A stretch of DNA of 64,000 nucleotides from Amphiscolops sp. MND2022 (lineage: Eukaryota), in contig OZ076409.1 in the NCBI GenBank assembly GCA_964187785.1, positions 61,568,001 to 61,632,000 on the forward strand. The letters run 5' to 3'. This document shows positions 23,214 to 36,126 of the stretch, piece after piece. Under the pieces are notes generated by a model. It searched no databases and was not told the DNA's origin. It worked only from the letters and a program-made list of their open reading frames with translations. The translations under genes were made by a program, and so were the position numbers. Numbering within the stretch: the first letter of the stretch is position 1; every line of letters starts with the position of its first letter.

Positions 23214-26200
23214 TTCCCCCTTCTTTGGGTTCTTAGGGGAACAAGTCTCGGGTTGGCGTGTCCTTCTTTATTCGGGGGAAGGGTGTGATCGGGTACCTCT
23301 TCGGCGTAGTGAAAGTGGAAGCGTTTCCTAAAGGGACAGTGTTTTAAAAATATTCTACTCCGCCTAGCTTTACTACTCTTTGTGCCGACCTTATCCTTTC
23401 GGATCTACGTGGCTCTAATTCGGTTCTAGTTTGTTTTTTTTTCAAAGTTCATTTTTTGTTTTGACCTAAGTTTACCTGTCGATTCCTCTTCCGTCTCTAC
23501 GGTATCGTCGATTCCTTGGCCGTGTATCGGGGTGCCTGAATGGTCGGTTTGTGTCGGATTATTTGCTAACTCGGTGCTACATCTGATCGGTGACGTGAGT
23601 GTCGGGGTTTGAGCCCGTAGCCTTTCTATCTCTCGTCCGATCTCGGCCCTCAAAATGGTATCTTTTGTATTGTCTTCCATGTCTGAGCTATCTTCATCGG
23701 CACTAGCATCGGTCAAGTTGGAGTCGTGGCTGGACGAATCGTATACGGTCACGCGGTTGTAGTTTCGTTTTTTCTTCAACGGCATCGTCGGTAACATGGG
23801 CTCGTTGTCCGCAATGTTGTTGTTCGAGTCTTGAATTTGCGTCTCGGGGCGTTGGTGGGTTTCGCAGAATTCGCCAGTGCTGAATTTTCTGCAGCATTTG
23901 CGACATCGATTGACGATCCTCCTTTGTTCGTCAGTTCTTCTGGAAGTCTGAATTTTTAACGGCTTAGAAGCTAAATTTTTATGTAATATTCTTCCGTCAG
24001 AAGTAGTGATGGTATAATCAGTTTCTTTAACTGCTGTTAAAATTTTCTTTGTTTTAAAAAACCAAATTTCATTGAGTTGGGTTTGTTCTCTTTCTCGTAA
24101 AATTGGTACTTTTTGAAGTTCCGGCTTACCGAACGGCCTCTCTTCCGTGTTTTGTTCAGCACCAGATAGTCCGCCATTTTCCCCTCTGAATCATTGATGG
24201 TGACTACCTGTAGTTCCGTCGGTTGTGCTGAAATGTAATTGGTAATAGTTTTCTCCAAGTAGACAATCAGGTTTACCGATTAGGTTGGTGAGTGCGGTGC
24301 GTGGTTTCCTGCCTAAATGCATTTGGAAAGGTGTCAAGTTTAATATACTATTCTACTACATGGCGTTTGTCTTATTGTTTTGATCGCTAATTGGACGCTG
24401 TCTTCGAATATTAATCCGTCTGTCATATTAGCTCTAGTCAGTGATTTAATTGTCAGTATCGTTCGCTCGACTAAGCCGGTACCGGTGTGTAAATTCGGAG
24501 TGCATCTAATGCGTTTAATATTTTCGCTGTTGCAAAAGTTTTTGAATTCGTTGCTTTTGAAACAACTACTGGTATCGGTTCTAATACACCGTGGTGTTCC
24601 ATTATACGTAAAATACTTGGTTAACAATTTTAGGACGGTCCGAGCGTCCGTATTTTTGCACACTTGCGCGGTAGGCCATTTACTGAAGCGGTCAACTGCC
24701 ACCAGGATATATACATCGCCGCGTGTATTTGATTTGATTGGACCAGCAAAGTCCAATTGGATTTCCTGATTCGGTTCTGTTAAAATCTCTAAATTATTTT
24801 TCTCCGTTGACGGGATTTGTGTAATGATATTCTTACCTGCGGCTCTGCAGCTCGGGCATGTTTCCGCTTTCTCTTGTTTTTCCCGGTGCATGACAATCCA
24901 CCAGAAAGTTGATCCACTTTGGCTGCGGAGGTATGGCCTTGATGTAACATGGCAATGATGGTTGTGCGCATGTTCTCGGGGATTACTATTTTGTTGTTGT
25001 AAAACAACAGTCCGAATCTGGTAGAAAGGTGTTGTCGATAAGGGCGGTATGGGTAGAAAATGCTTTCCAGTTGATTCTTCTCGATTGCTGCTAATGCGTT
25101 CAGAATCTTGACATCTCGGGCTGTCTCATCCACTAGTAAAAGTAGATCTAGGGCGAAGTCCTTCTCTGCCTTCTTGATGACCTTCGATGATTTTTCGTTT
25201 TGCTCTGGGTTGAGGATGCTCATCTTCGCGGTTTGTTTGAGCCTTATCAGATTAACCGTCTCGTGTTTTCAAATTCTTCTCAAGGCGTTTGTCGGACATT
25301 TATCTTGTTTAGACTTTCTGATTTGGCTTTCTCCATCAGATTGATTATTGTTTATCCAGGACTCGTTGTTGTTCTGCTGGAATTCTTGTAGCGGTATTGT
25401 TCCAAGTGTCTCGCCATAGTGGAAGAAGCGGTTGTAAATCTCGATATTTAACTCGGCAATTCGCTTGCGGCTGCTTGATTTGGTCGGTATTCTTGGATCC
25501 GCTCACTTTCTTTGCCTTTTCCCACAATCCACAATCCGAGTCTTGTCTGGCTTCAGGATGTGGTTTCGTTCAATCCAAAGGCGTTTGGTTTCAGGGGAGT
25601 GACCCCTCTTTTTGTAGATAAACTCCATATATATACCGTTGACTTTGTCCATTTTACTATGCGGTGACTGTAAAGTTTTGTTTAATAATTTTGAATCAAT
25701 ACCGTTTGGTAACGATGAAGCTTTGAGCAAGTGAGTGTTTTGATTTCATTCGCACGTATTTTTGTCGCTTTGTGATTGGTCGAAATATTCTCTCGTGGTG
25801 GCTTGTTCGGTAAGTCTCTTTATGCTTCCGCGCTTTTGGTTAAATTCTAAAAGGCCGTACATTTGATTAATGACGAACTCTTCTTCGGCTTCCGCTTCGT
25901 TTAATCCGTCCGCTTTGTTTTCTAGTTCGGTAATCTCGGTCAGTACGATCGGATGGTGGCTCCGATATTCCGTTAGCGGAATGTTTTCATCGGCCGTGTA
26001 TTGGACATTAACATCAAAATGGCTCAATCTATGCAGCCAACGCGTTAGTCAAGCGCTATATTGCTTGAGTGCTCGGTTCTTTTTTAATAATGGCTGAAGC
26101 GCTTGGTGGTCTGTTAATAGGTTTACTCTTTTTCCGTACACAAAATACCTGAAGTATTCTAACCCCCATAGTGCCCCCAGTATTTCTAATTCATTTATCG

Positions 26201-28564
26201 CAGATTTTTTTTCGCAATCAGTTTTCCTCATCTATTTCCGGCGTCCAGTCAGTCCCATTTGACATCTTTCTTCAAAAGCTTTCTCATTCTGTCGGGTTTT
26301 TTTCGATAGATTGTTAATGAATTTCGAAAGGTGTTGTATGGAGCCCAGAAAAGACTTCAGTTCTTTTACATTTTTCGGTGCTTCCAGTTTGGTTATGGCT
26401 TCTGTTTTGTCTTTAATTGGTTTGACGCCGTTTTGATTAATGTGGTAATCAAGCCAGGTTAGTTTTTCTTGAACAATTCTGTTTTCATCTCACTGGCTGA
26501 TATCCGGCGTTTTGCAATTTTGTGAGAACTTCTCGCACCTCTTTTTCGTGATCTTCGATGTTACCGTTAGTCACACAAATAATTTAATCTAGCCAGGCCG
26601 GTGTTTTATATTCCAACACGGCGTCTATATGTTCTTGAAACACCGTGGGAATATCCGATAAGCCGTAAAAACCCTGCTTGAAACGGTAATGTCCGGTAAA
26701 GTCTCCTCCAATAGTTGAGAATACACAATGTTTAGCGGCTTCTTTGGATAGTTTTGCCTGGCCGTACGCGTAATCCAAGTCGATCTGTGACATCCAGATC
26801 TTTCCTTCGCCTTTGGTAATTTTGGCGGAGACTTTGCTAATTAGCACTTCGGTATCGCTGCCCTTCTTTTTATACATGCTTCGATTAGTTTTCTTGAATC
26901 CACTGCTATTTTGACTGACTTGTCTTTTTTGATAGTGATGACTGCGGGTGATATAAAACAATTTTCAGTAGTTTTGTCAGCTTTTTCGAGCTGTCCCTTT
27001 TCGATTACTTTTTCTAGTTCTTCGCGAACAATTTTTTGAAAGTGGATGGCTACCGGCCTTCCCTTTTGTTGTATGGGTTCGATGTCTTTTCTCAGCTGGA
27101 TGTCGATGGTGAGATCTCTGATAGTGTGGTTGTTTTTGAATAAATCTTCGTGTTCTTCGATGATTTTCTTTCTTCTTTCTTCTTCTTCCACGTAACGGAT
27201 GACGTTTGTTTTCTTGGCGCCTTGTAATCCAGTTTCCAAATTGTGAAGCCAATCTAAGCCCAATTAAGGTTGAGTGTTTTTGTTTTCTGTTATGAGAATT
27301 GGTAATATCTCTTTGCTTTTTTCCGTTTTCACTTCGACCATCGCTTCACCTTTGAATTTTCTTGGGTTTTTGTTTAAGTCCACAAAAGTTTTTGTTGTCT
27401 TCTTCGTCTCAATTGGATTGATTATCGATGGGATATTTGTCACCGGTGAGCCAGTATCAATAATAAATTCTTTGGCTGGCCGTGGACCAATAGGATTGTT
27501 TTGTAAAAATCGACTCAGTTAATACCGTTGACGGATTGAATATGATCGGTTTCCGGCCATGGCTCGGTATTGCTGTCCGATGATACTGCTTCGGTTACTC
27601 GGCTGACGGTCTTGGATTTGCACACTTTGGCAAAATGTCCCATCTTTTTACAGTTGTTGCATTGGGCTTTCCGTGCCGGATAAATATGATCTAGTGACCA
27701 GTTCGGGTTTCCGCAGAAGCGGCAGTTTCGGTTTGAAAATTTTTTCTTCTCGTTGAATTGGGTTTTCCGCTTTCGTGTTTGCTTTGTATGACCGATCAAT
27801 TCGGAGGATGTTGAGCTACTTGTTGAGTCTTTTCTGGCCTTTTCGATTTTTGGTTTCTTGTCTCCGTATTTTTGGTTGTAATTGTCGAGTTCTATGGTTT
27901 CCAGTACCAGTTGTATTTTCAATGGGCCTTTAATAAATTTGTCACGGGCTCTTTTGTCTTTGATGATGGCCGCGAATTTGTAGGTATTAATTACTTTCGC
28001 TGTGCTATTGTTGAAGTCGTATTTTTCAATGTCCACCAGTCTTTTCCAGTATTCATCCATTGTTTCATTGTCATCTTGTTTCATGTTGAAGAACTGGGCC
28101 CTACTGTGGAATACATTTCTCACTGGAAGAAATGTTTTCTTGAATAATGTCAATAGTTCTTGTAGGTTGACATCTTTCAACTCTCGACCCCATTGGCTTC
28201 TCATGATTTCGTGTTTGGCCTTTGGACCCAGTGCCCAGATGACGTCACCTTTTATGTGATTCACCGTATGTGGGTCCATATATTCGATTCCCGCGTGGAT
28301 GATTTCGTCAAGGTTTCGGTTGTATGTCAAATGAACATACTCCGTTATTTGTTCCCACCACATCTCGGGGTTGGTCTTTGTGAGATCTGTTTCCCTGTGC
28401 TATAAAATCTGGATTTTGTATTTACTTTTTCCCGCTCGTTCGGATGTTGTTTGATTGTTGGTTGTTCTTGTTGATTGTTCCGATGACATCGGTCCGCATT
28501 CCGTTGAATTGGGATCGGTTTTGTTGTTTTCCATGGTTTTTTGTTCAGATTGTTAACTGCGCCA

Positions 28565-28780
28565 TAAAGTAAGTTAAAGAAACAGAAGGGATTAATACAG
28601 TGAATTAAAATGATACGATGTTAGGATAACTATTCGTATCTAGATGTCTAAGCAGTTACATCAGTCTTTACACAGTCTTCTTCTATCATATATGTATGGG
28701 ATTGCATGACTTCAGAATAGTAGCAGGTACTTGGAATGTTCTTTTTAGGTTGGCCATGAACTTATTTTTTTCATGCCACA
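28565..28780 (-). repeat. 5' LTR of the 22990-28780 element
   Basis: Near-identical to 22990-23213 and abuts the PBS. Confidence 0.9.
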
Positions 28781-29221
28781 CACGCTAAATTTATTTTGAT
28801 TCCGAGAAAGATCCACTTTTAGATATTTAGTTTATCTGAATATTTAATTGCGGTATGCTCGTGACAAACTTTGTTTTGTTGAAGATCGAAATGAGCAATT
28901 TAATCAGTTAACGTCAACCAAGCCGGTGATAAGTTTCTCTGCGCGTCCCGTGAAGTTGGCAAGCACTCAAAATCAGTACCGAAGATGAAAAAAGAGAAAC
29001 ACCGACGACCTCGAAATTGTACAAAACCACACGAAGAGTGCAACAAGCCGGGAACGGTATAAATATGCGTCAAGTATGCTCTTCCATATAATCCAAAGGG
29101 GCCCTTTTGAGCAGAAAGTTCAAGTTTCAAGTTTACTGCGGATAAAACGTCAAAAGTTTTGATATAATGTGCTGGGAGGGACGAATGGGAGCACGTTTTT
29201 GGAACCTCCGCCTCTTTTTAG

Positions 29222-30361
29222 CCCGGGTTGACACTCTTACTAGCACAATTGCTGTCTTGGCAAGATCTGACCAAATTCTTGCTACATCTTGGCGACCATG
29301 GGACCCATGGCAAGATACTTATTAAGATCTTACTAAGATGGTAAATTTTTCCAAGATACGTTTTGGAAGAAATTTCTATTTTCAGTGAACTAAAAGCAAT
29401 AACATATTTAGTATTCTGAATTTGTCTTTTTTTGATAAAAATTTCTAGCATTTTTGGATTTCTTGAAAAAAAGTCACCAAGACGCCTCTATTTAACCAAC
29501 CCCAACCCACCGAACAAGTCCTTGGAAAGAGCTACTTTGATCAAGTTAAGTTCATGGCATAAAAATGTCTTCAAAAAAACTTTAAACCTACTGTAATCAA
29601 AGAAGATTTTACGTTGGCATGATCAGGTTATGACTGTTGAAAAACTCAATGTAGGTTATTTAGAAGGCGGGGGAAAGGTAATTGGAAAGGTGTAGGCAAT
29701 CCAATGTATATATCTATTTATTATGCCATACTTATGTGATTATTGATCAATAAATGTTATGTCGGCAGCAATTGTTAAAAACGCAATAATCAATGTTGAG
29801 GGAAAAGAAAAAACGCCTAGAAAAATTCAGTGAAATGAATAAATTATGCTACAATTGCCACGCTTTATTGTTTACTATATGTTTCTTCGAAAACACGCAT
29901 TTCGTTTTACGATTTGTAGTATGAGGTCCAAGATTGATACGAGCTTGCAACGATCTCACAACGATAGGCGAGATAGTGCTGCAAGATATGAACATTGTAT
30001 GAACCCTAGTTGAAAAAAAAAACACAAATCTTGCGGGAATCAAGACAATGCATTTTTCTGGCAGATTTCTTGCAAGATTCTTGTAAGATATGCAATTTCT
30101 AGATTGTTGTGTTCAGCATTTTCCAAAAAGTCCTCGTAGTATGCTTCAGCCTCGTACCTTTGAAGTTCTAGTTTGACAGAAAAACAACCGTGTTGGTCAT
30201 TTTTAGTGAATTTTTTGACAAAAAATGTTTGCTCTTGGTTTGATGTATTTCTTGCAAGAATCTGACAGTAAAAGTATTTCTTGCAAGAATCTTACAAGAT
30301 TTGCATTTTTGTCAAGATCTTGCAAGAATCTTGATAGAATTGTATTCATTTTCAACCAGGG
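29222..30361. mobile_element. Non-autonomous TIR DNA element (superfamily unassigned)
   Basis: Ends CCCGGGTTGA / TCAACCAGGG. Clusters of CTTGCAAGA / CAAGATCTT subterminal repeats at both ends. No clear TSD. Confidence 0.55.
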
Positions 30362-30380
30362 AAGATATAAATAGTGTTAC

Positions 30381-30629
30381 CCGTCTGAGGATGAAGTTTG
30401 ACTGGAATATGTATCGGTGGTACTTGAACAACATAATGCTCTGGTCCTGGATCTTCTCGAAGGTGAAAGAGTAAACAGCGATGAGCAAATTTAGTAGTAT
30501 GATGTTGGTCTGCAAGATGAAAGCGAAGAAGAATAAAAGGCCCACTACACTGTTGACAGAAGAGAAAAAGTCGTCAAACTGTTCCGCATATTGGGTACCA
30601 TTTGCCATCCAGATGTTGGAATCCACCAC
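30381..30629 (-). CDS. TRPM-like channel exon (S6 helix and TRP domain)
   Basis: VVDSNIW...LFFFAFILQTNIILLNLLIAVYSFTFEKIQDQSIMLFKYHRYIFQSNFILRR matches the TRPM NILL.NLLIA.F..TF..V......WKFQRY pattern. AG/GT bounded, phase 0-0. Confidence 0.9.
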
Positions 30630-30900
30630 CTGAAGCAAAATATTGCCTTCCGTTTTTGAAACGTTTTTCTGGGAGAAAATAACATGACGTCATTGGCTTC
30701 ATTTGATTAAAAACCTTTTTGGCCGGAAATGTTCAGGATCTGAGAAATGAGAAAAACACGTAACATACTCCACAAATTTTGCAGTAAAAATTGTTAAACC
30801 TGTGTTAAGGTGCAATTCGATAAACCATGAATTTCGAACAAAATGACATTCCAATTCTAAGTCTGAATGAAACGTTGAAATAGAAAATGTGAAACACTTC

Positions 30901-32385
30901 CGTCGTGATTGCTCTCACTTCGTAGGGAATCAATTGAACTGTGCCTGCGGTTGTGATTCCAATCACGGGAGCTAAAATCTATTCTAGAACGATTTCCGAA
31001 GTCCTTTTTACTATTATCAGCTCCTAGGCTCCTGCTCAGTCTACTGGACTTAAGGTCCACATCTTCCCGCAATTATGGTCTCTGACTTCCCAAAGTATTC
31101 TGAATGCTAGATAGTATTTTCTCATTATTTGCAGAATGTATTGAATCAGTTATCTGGGAGTTTAGGTCTCTCTTTAGCTCATCAATTCTTTTAGAGACCT
31201 CTAAGTTAACCAATCTCACATTTTCTAAGGTGGTTTCACTATTCTCACTATTCTTTTTACTATTTGAATTTTAAAAGTGACCTAAAATCTTCACTTTTCT
31301 GAACTACGTCCTGTCTAGGTCCTTTTGACTCAACGTCCACTTCAACATTTCTGTCTTCAGAATTGCTTTCTAATTCATTTCTCGCATACGATCCTAACAT
31401 TACGTCCAAATTATCTACGTCAGACATCTGGTTTGCTTGTCTGGAACGTCTTTTCTTTGCTTTTTCTTTCCTTCTTGAACACATTGAAAATGAAGGCTCG
31501 AGTAAAATTATATTATTGAGCGTGATATTTTATCAACAATGGGAAGTAATCAAAAGCAACAAGGCAAATTGAATTGTCATTAAATTGTGACAGTTATAAA
31601 GAGCTTAAACTCAATTTGAGTGATGGTTGTATCGATTGTGTCCCCTGACCTTGAGTCCTTACAGTTTATATGTGTAGCAGCATGACACTCAAAATATTGC
31701 TGATCATACTACTAAAAATAGCATCAAAGTTGGGCAAATGGACCCTGGGGACTGTCGCCATTATTGCATCACAATGACTTCATACTAAAAATAGCATCGT
31801 TACTAAAATCAGGGATCGTAATGGGACGGGGGGCGTAAAGGCGGCACGCCTATCATGTCCTAAAATCTAAAAGTAGCACATTACATGACGTTTGTTTACA
31901 TACGAGTAGATAACTGTAAATATTAGCTTCATTTTATGGACCAGCGGTCCAAGCGTCTAAGCACAGCTAATTGTATAAATGCATGAACGATTGAATGATT
32001 GAACAAATGCTGAACGCCGGTTGGTTAATCAGGAAAAGGACCACACGTCGAATTGACTAGTACAGGCGTCAATTCGAACGCGTTTCATTTCACTGTATCA
32101 GTTGATCATATTAATCTAATTGCATAATTCATCTAATCTGCACTTCAACAATACTGGTTTACATGGTATCTATACTATAAATCAAACAATATAGAAAAGA
32201 ATAAAAATAGTGAAGTTTTTGAACAACATAAGGCAATAATATTAGCAGGGGGAAACGTTTGTAGTTTATAGGACCACGGGTCCAGTTGACTTAGAGCGGT
32301 AAAACTCCTGGGGGAAGAGGCAGGCTACCCCGATCGTCTGAAGGTACTTGATATCGGTTTTCATCGCAGGCGGCAGTCTGCGACA
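30901..32385 (-). mobile_element. Solo LTR (~1485 bp) of a family related to the 41734-54528 element
   Basis: Minus strand starts TGTCGCAGACTGCCGCCTGCGA (cf. TGTCGCAGGCTGCCGCCTGTGA) and ends ...AATCACGACG (cf. CATGACA). TSD ACTTC/ACTTG. Contains a gag N-terminus homolog MCSRRKEKAKKRRSRQANQMSDVDNLDVMLG. Confidence 0.85.
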
Positions 32386-32989
32386 ACTTGCTTATGCTTC
32401 TACTCATTCGAAAGGTAACCGCTTTTTCACAGTGACTATCAGATGCAACAGATGTTTTTCATCAAATGCCGCAATCAAGAACTTCAGCGGTTGATGTAAA
32501 TCCAGGCATATCCGATTGCCTCCCGGTGAACCATCAGGGAAATCTCTGATCTCCAGAGCTTAGTTACTCGTATTTATCGGTATTAAGTGCTAATCCATTA
32601 TGGGTGTTCATGAAAACGAGACACATTAGAGTGCATAGGCAAGCTAAATTTGCTCAAAGCACAATTTTGTGCCTTCAATACCTCGGAATCCACGACCATA
32701 ACTTTAACCGTGCAAAATCGGCAAATTACGTCATAAGTCCAGGATTCCACGGACAAGCATGCCACGGACAACCAACTGAATTTTCGTGTCCCGGATTCCA
32801 TGACAAGCAGCAAAATAGCTTGCCTATGCACTGTAATGCAAAATTTTTGTTCCGCTCTGATTCCAAACTTATAAAAAGAAGCATAAACAGTGTTTCTTTT
32901 TTCCTACTATCTTCGATACATTCCGACAGACTCTTGATGGAGGAAAAGCACTTCTGGATACTGAAAACGTGCATGAGCTTCTAATATTT

Positions 32990-33319
32990 TCCAAAAAGTT
33001 TCCCTTCATTTTTTGATATTTTTGAATGTTCTTTGGATATTGTTGGATTCGAAAAAGTGTTTTTCATATACCCAGATGGTCTCCCTTTGGGTTTTTTGGC
33101 AATGTGAGACTTTTGTTGAAAGAATTTCTCATTAATTCGATTTTTATTTGATGTTTTCAGTTATAGAAAAGCGTTTCATGAGCACGAAAGCTTCCTTTGT
33201 GTGTTTTAGGTACTCCTTTATCCAAGAGATTTAACTCAGACACGCCATGATCACATTTTTAAAACTTTCGCTCTTTGCGCTTTGAGCCGAGTGCCGACTT
33301 GAGACGTTTCTGTCTTGTT
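32990..33319 (+). mobile_element. HINE-like repeat, 3' part
   Basis: Ends GAGTGCCGACTTGAGACGTTTCTGTCTTGTT. Confidence 0.5.
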
Positions 33320-33386
33320 GATACTTGTTAAAGAACACGAATCGCTGTTGATTAAATTGATTGATTCTTGGCTTTCATGCACTCAC

Positions 33387-33477
33387 CTGAAGCATACCAC
33401 CTATATCTCCGAGCATGGGCCAGTAGGTGTGATCGAACGCCGCCTTGATTGTTTTCTCTTCGCTCGTTTCTCCATAC
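33387..33477 (-). CDS. TRPM-like channel exon (pore helix / selectivity filter)
   Basis: (R)YGETSEEKTIKAAFDHTYWPMLGDIGGMLQ resembles the TRPM F..PYW..FGE pore motif. Acceptor cacAG (phase 2), donor GTGAGT (phase 0). Confidence 0.8.
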
Positions 33478-34827
33478 CTGTGATGAAACATTGCCTGTAG
33501 AGAACAACAACTTTTTGAATTTAAACATTTTCTTACTCTTGCAAACGAAGTTTGGGTTTTTGCAAGGTCGATGCTGAATTTCAATGGATAAATCAATTAA
33601 CTCTTCTTCCGAGTCAGAAAAAGAGAAAAGAAGAAAGGAAAGTTTTCTCCTTGTGATAAAATACTATCCAAGTAGTTCGAAGGAAAATGAGAGGACATGA
33701 AAACGAGTTTTTATGCTTGGCGTTTTTTGCCCTCGAGAACGTGTTCACGTTGAAATTGAGCATTCAATTCGAAAAATTCCTTTTTAGTCGGCGCTTTTCC
33801 ATTAGGAAAAGAAAGAAAAATTTTTCCATAAGGAAAACTTTTTGTGCACTGTTACTGTGGCACTGTGCACTTTTGTCATAAGCACTTAGTACTTGATTTT
33901 GAACACATCCAAAGTTTACATGAAATACGAAACCATTTCAAAGCAGAAGGGTTGCCCTTTTCCACTTTTTATCGTCATAATGAGACTTTTCCCCTTTTTC
34001 GCCTTTCTAAGATTTTTTCTCCAAACATTTTAATGTCTCCGAAAGATCTTGCGTCTACTACGAGTAGTTTTTAAACATGTCGGAGGTTCACATTCCATGA
34101 TAATTCAAGTTCATCGACACATTTTCGAATAAAGACGGAAACTCAATGATCTTCGGTTACATGGACTTTGGGTCTCTTCTTGTGGGCTCTTACCCTGTCG
34201 AGATGAAAAGGGTACACAGAGGACTTTCTCATCCGAAGATACTGCGAAATTCACATTCTCAACGAACATTTTTCTACATGTTTCTCCAAAAGTGGAATAA
34301 ATAATACGATTGAGGCCTTCAATGCCTGGGAGGATTTTTGGCACCATACAAATTCCCATATGCCGAAATGTCGACTCTTAGGGTTATTGATAGCCGAGCT
34401 ACCCGATTTACGCAATGTTTGTTCACTTGATAGATTCACTTGAAAGGCGCATAGATTACAGAAGCACCTGTGCATCAATCGACAACTTTGATTATTGTGA
34501 TCCGTTTGAGGTATACCAAGCCAGGGTCAAACGCTTTTTTTCACCGAGCCAGCGTACCTGAAGTAAACAATACTACTCGCTCGTTGGACCGATGGATATT
34601 AGTTGCTTGTATTTTATTTGGGATTGGTAGGTGAGAATTCTATATAGCTGCCTAATAGAAGGATGGACTGGTGAAGACGTAAATAACATTCTGATTTTAA
34701 TTTCATAGGGTCCGCCCATTCTCTTCACGCACCCTATTGCCGCAAAGGTACGCAAATAGCTATTCGTTCAATATGCTATCGATTCCATATATGACATACC
34801 TCAATTCGGAACGTGCCAACGCGCCCG

Positions 34828-35334
34828 TTTTTTAGTCGGCGCTTTTCTAGTGAAAAGTGCCCGACTCTTACAGTGGCTAGTTTTTTTTCTTTTTTTTTTC
34901 GTCAGACTACAATCTCACTCTGATTGGTCCACTTTTCTTACAATCGAAACTACTAAAACTACTACCATAAGGCCAAGTCCGGTCAGCGGAAATTGGTGCA
35001 AAAGGGTCCCCCTTTTCATTTTTTACTTTTTTAACGTAACCTACAAAACCGGACGAGACCAAAGGGTCCCCCTTTCGATTTTTTTCGGCATTGTGCGACT
35101 TTTTTCCCAAAATTTTTTAATGTCTCAAAAGAGTCCCCCTTTCGAGTTTTTTGATATTTTGCAACAGAAAAAATGTTAAGAAAGCCCAAAGGGTCCCTCT
35201 TTTACGTTTTTTGGCACTATGCGACATTTTCTGAAAGAAAAAAATCAAAAATTTCAAGTTTTTTTTCAAAAAAAAGTCTTTTGCGCTTTTTGAGCCTTAG
35301 ATATGGTGCCGACTTTAGACGTTCCCGTCTTGTT
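34828..35334 (+). mobile_element. HINE-like repeat, full copy
   Basis: TTTTTAGTCGGCGC...GCCCGACT at the 5' end, and GGTGCCGACTTTAGACGTTCCCGTCTTGTT at the 3' end (stem AGACG/CGTCT). Confidence 0.75.
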
Positions 35335-35479
35335 TGGCCAACCTACGGTACTTTCATTGCTATCAGCTCAGGGCCTCTAAATAGGCATACCTAAGTTTCT
35401 TGTGTATATGTGCGAAATTTCATATCTCGTGACACTTTTCGACTCTGCTTAAAACTGAAGGGCCTGAGATGCCAAAGTA

Positions 35480-36126
35480 CGAGGTTTCGAGTCCCGCACT
35501 AAGCCAAATTGTTATTCTTGCAAACGTTGAGGAAAGTTTTGGGGTTTTTTCGGCACTATGCGACTTTTTTCTGATTTTTTAAACTGTAACCCATAACCCC
35601 ATCTTTAGCAGAAACAAAACGTTTGGCGAGCATAGAGGACCATCTTTTTCTCGGCACTATGAGACTCACTGAAGAATTTTTCAATTTTGATTTTCTGACA
35701 TTTTTTGTTTTCCGAGCCCTACGGTGACTTCTTTGAATATTTTTGATCATGTGGAACTTTTTTGATCGTGCGACTTTTCTCAAAAATACTCTTTCTCAAA
35801 AACTTTCAATTGGCCAAAGGGTACGCCCTTCACATTTAAAAACGTTTTCGGCTGGAACAAAGCGTTTTGCGAACTTTCTTTTTGTTCTGTCTCTTTCTGT
35901 TTGGATTTGTTGGCACTATGAGACTTTTTCCAAAGCGAATAGTTACGAATTTTTTCCAAATAAAATCGGTTTCTCTGTGTTTCCACTTGAGGAAAAAGCG
36001 GTTTCGAGTCTGGTGGATACTTTTTGGGTAATTTTGATTTTCACAAAAGTGTTTCTTAGCACATTCAGAAAGCTTCGCTTTTTTAACCTTGAGCGGCTTG
36101 CCGACTTCGGTCGTTTGCGGCCTGTT
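35480..36126 (+). mobile_element. HINE-like repeat, diverged copy
   Basis: Internal CGGCACTATGCGACTTTTT motifs and 3' end TGCCGACTTCGGTCGTTTGCGGCCTGTT. Confidence 0.5.

Larger units (their letters stand above)
22990..28780 (-). mobile_element. Degenerate Ty3/Gypsy (Mag-like) LTR retrotransposon in a TRPM intron
   Basis: Perfect 5-bp TSD CACGC, ~220-bp LTRs, PBS TGGCGCAGTT, PPT at 23214-23225. Gag with twin knuckle CRFC...CNNCKKMGHFAKVC, protease IDTGSP, RT IDLDYAYGQ, RNase H, IN QLDFAGP/RTD/GLVER. Many frameshifts and stops. Confidence 0.95.

Noticed and set aside
32600..32810. Candidate MITE with imperfect inverted ends (similar case at 34578-34828)
   Set aside because: Inverted ends are too degenerate and no TSD was found.
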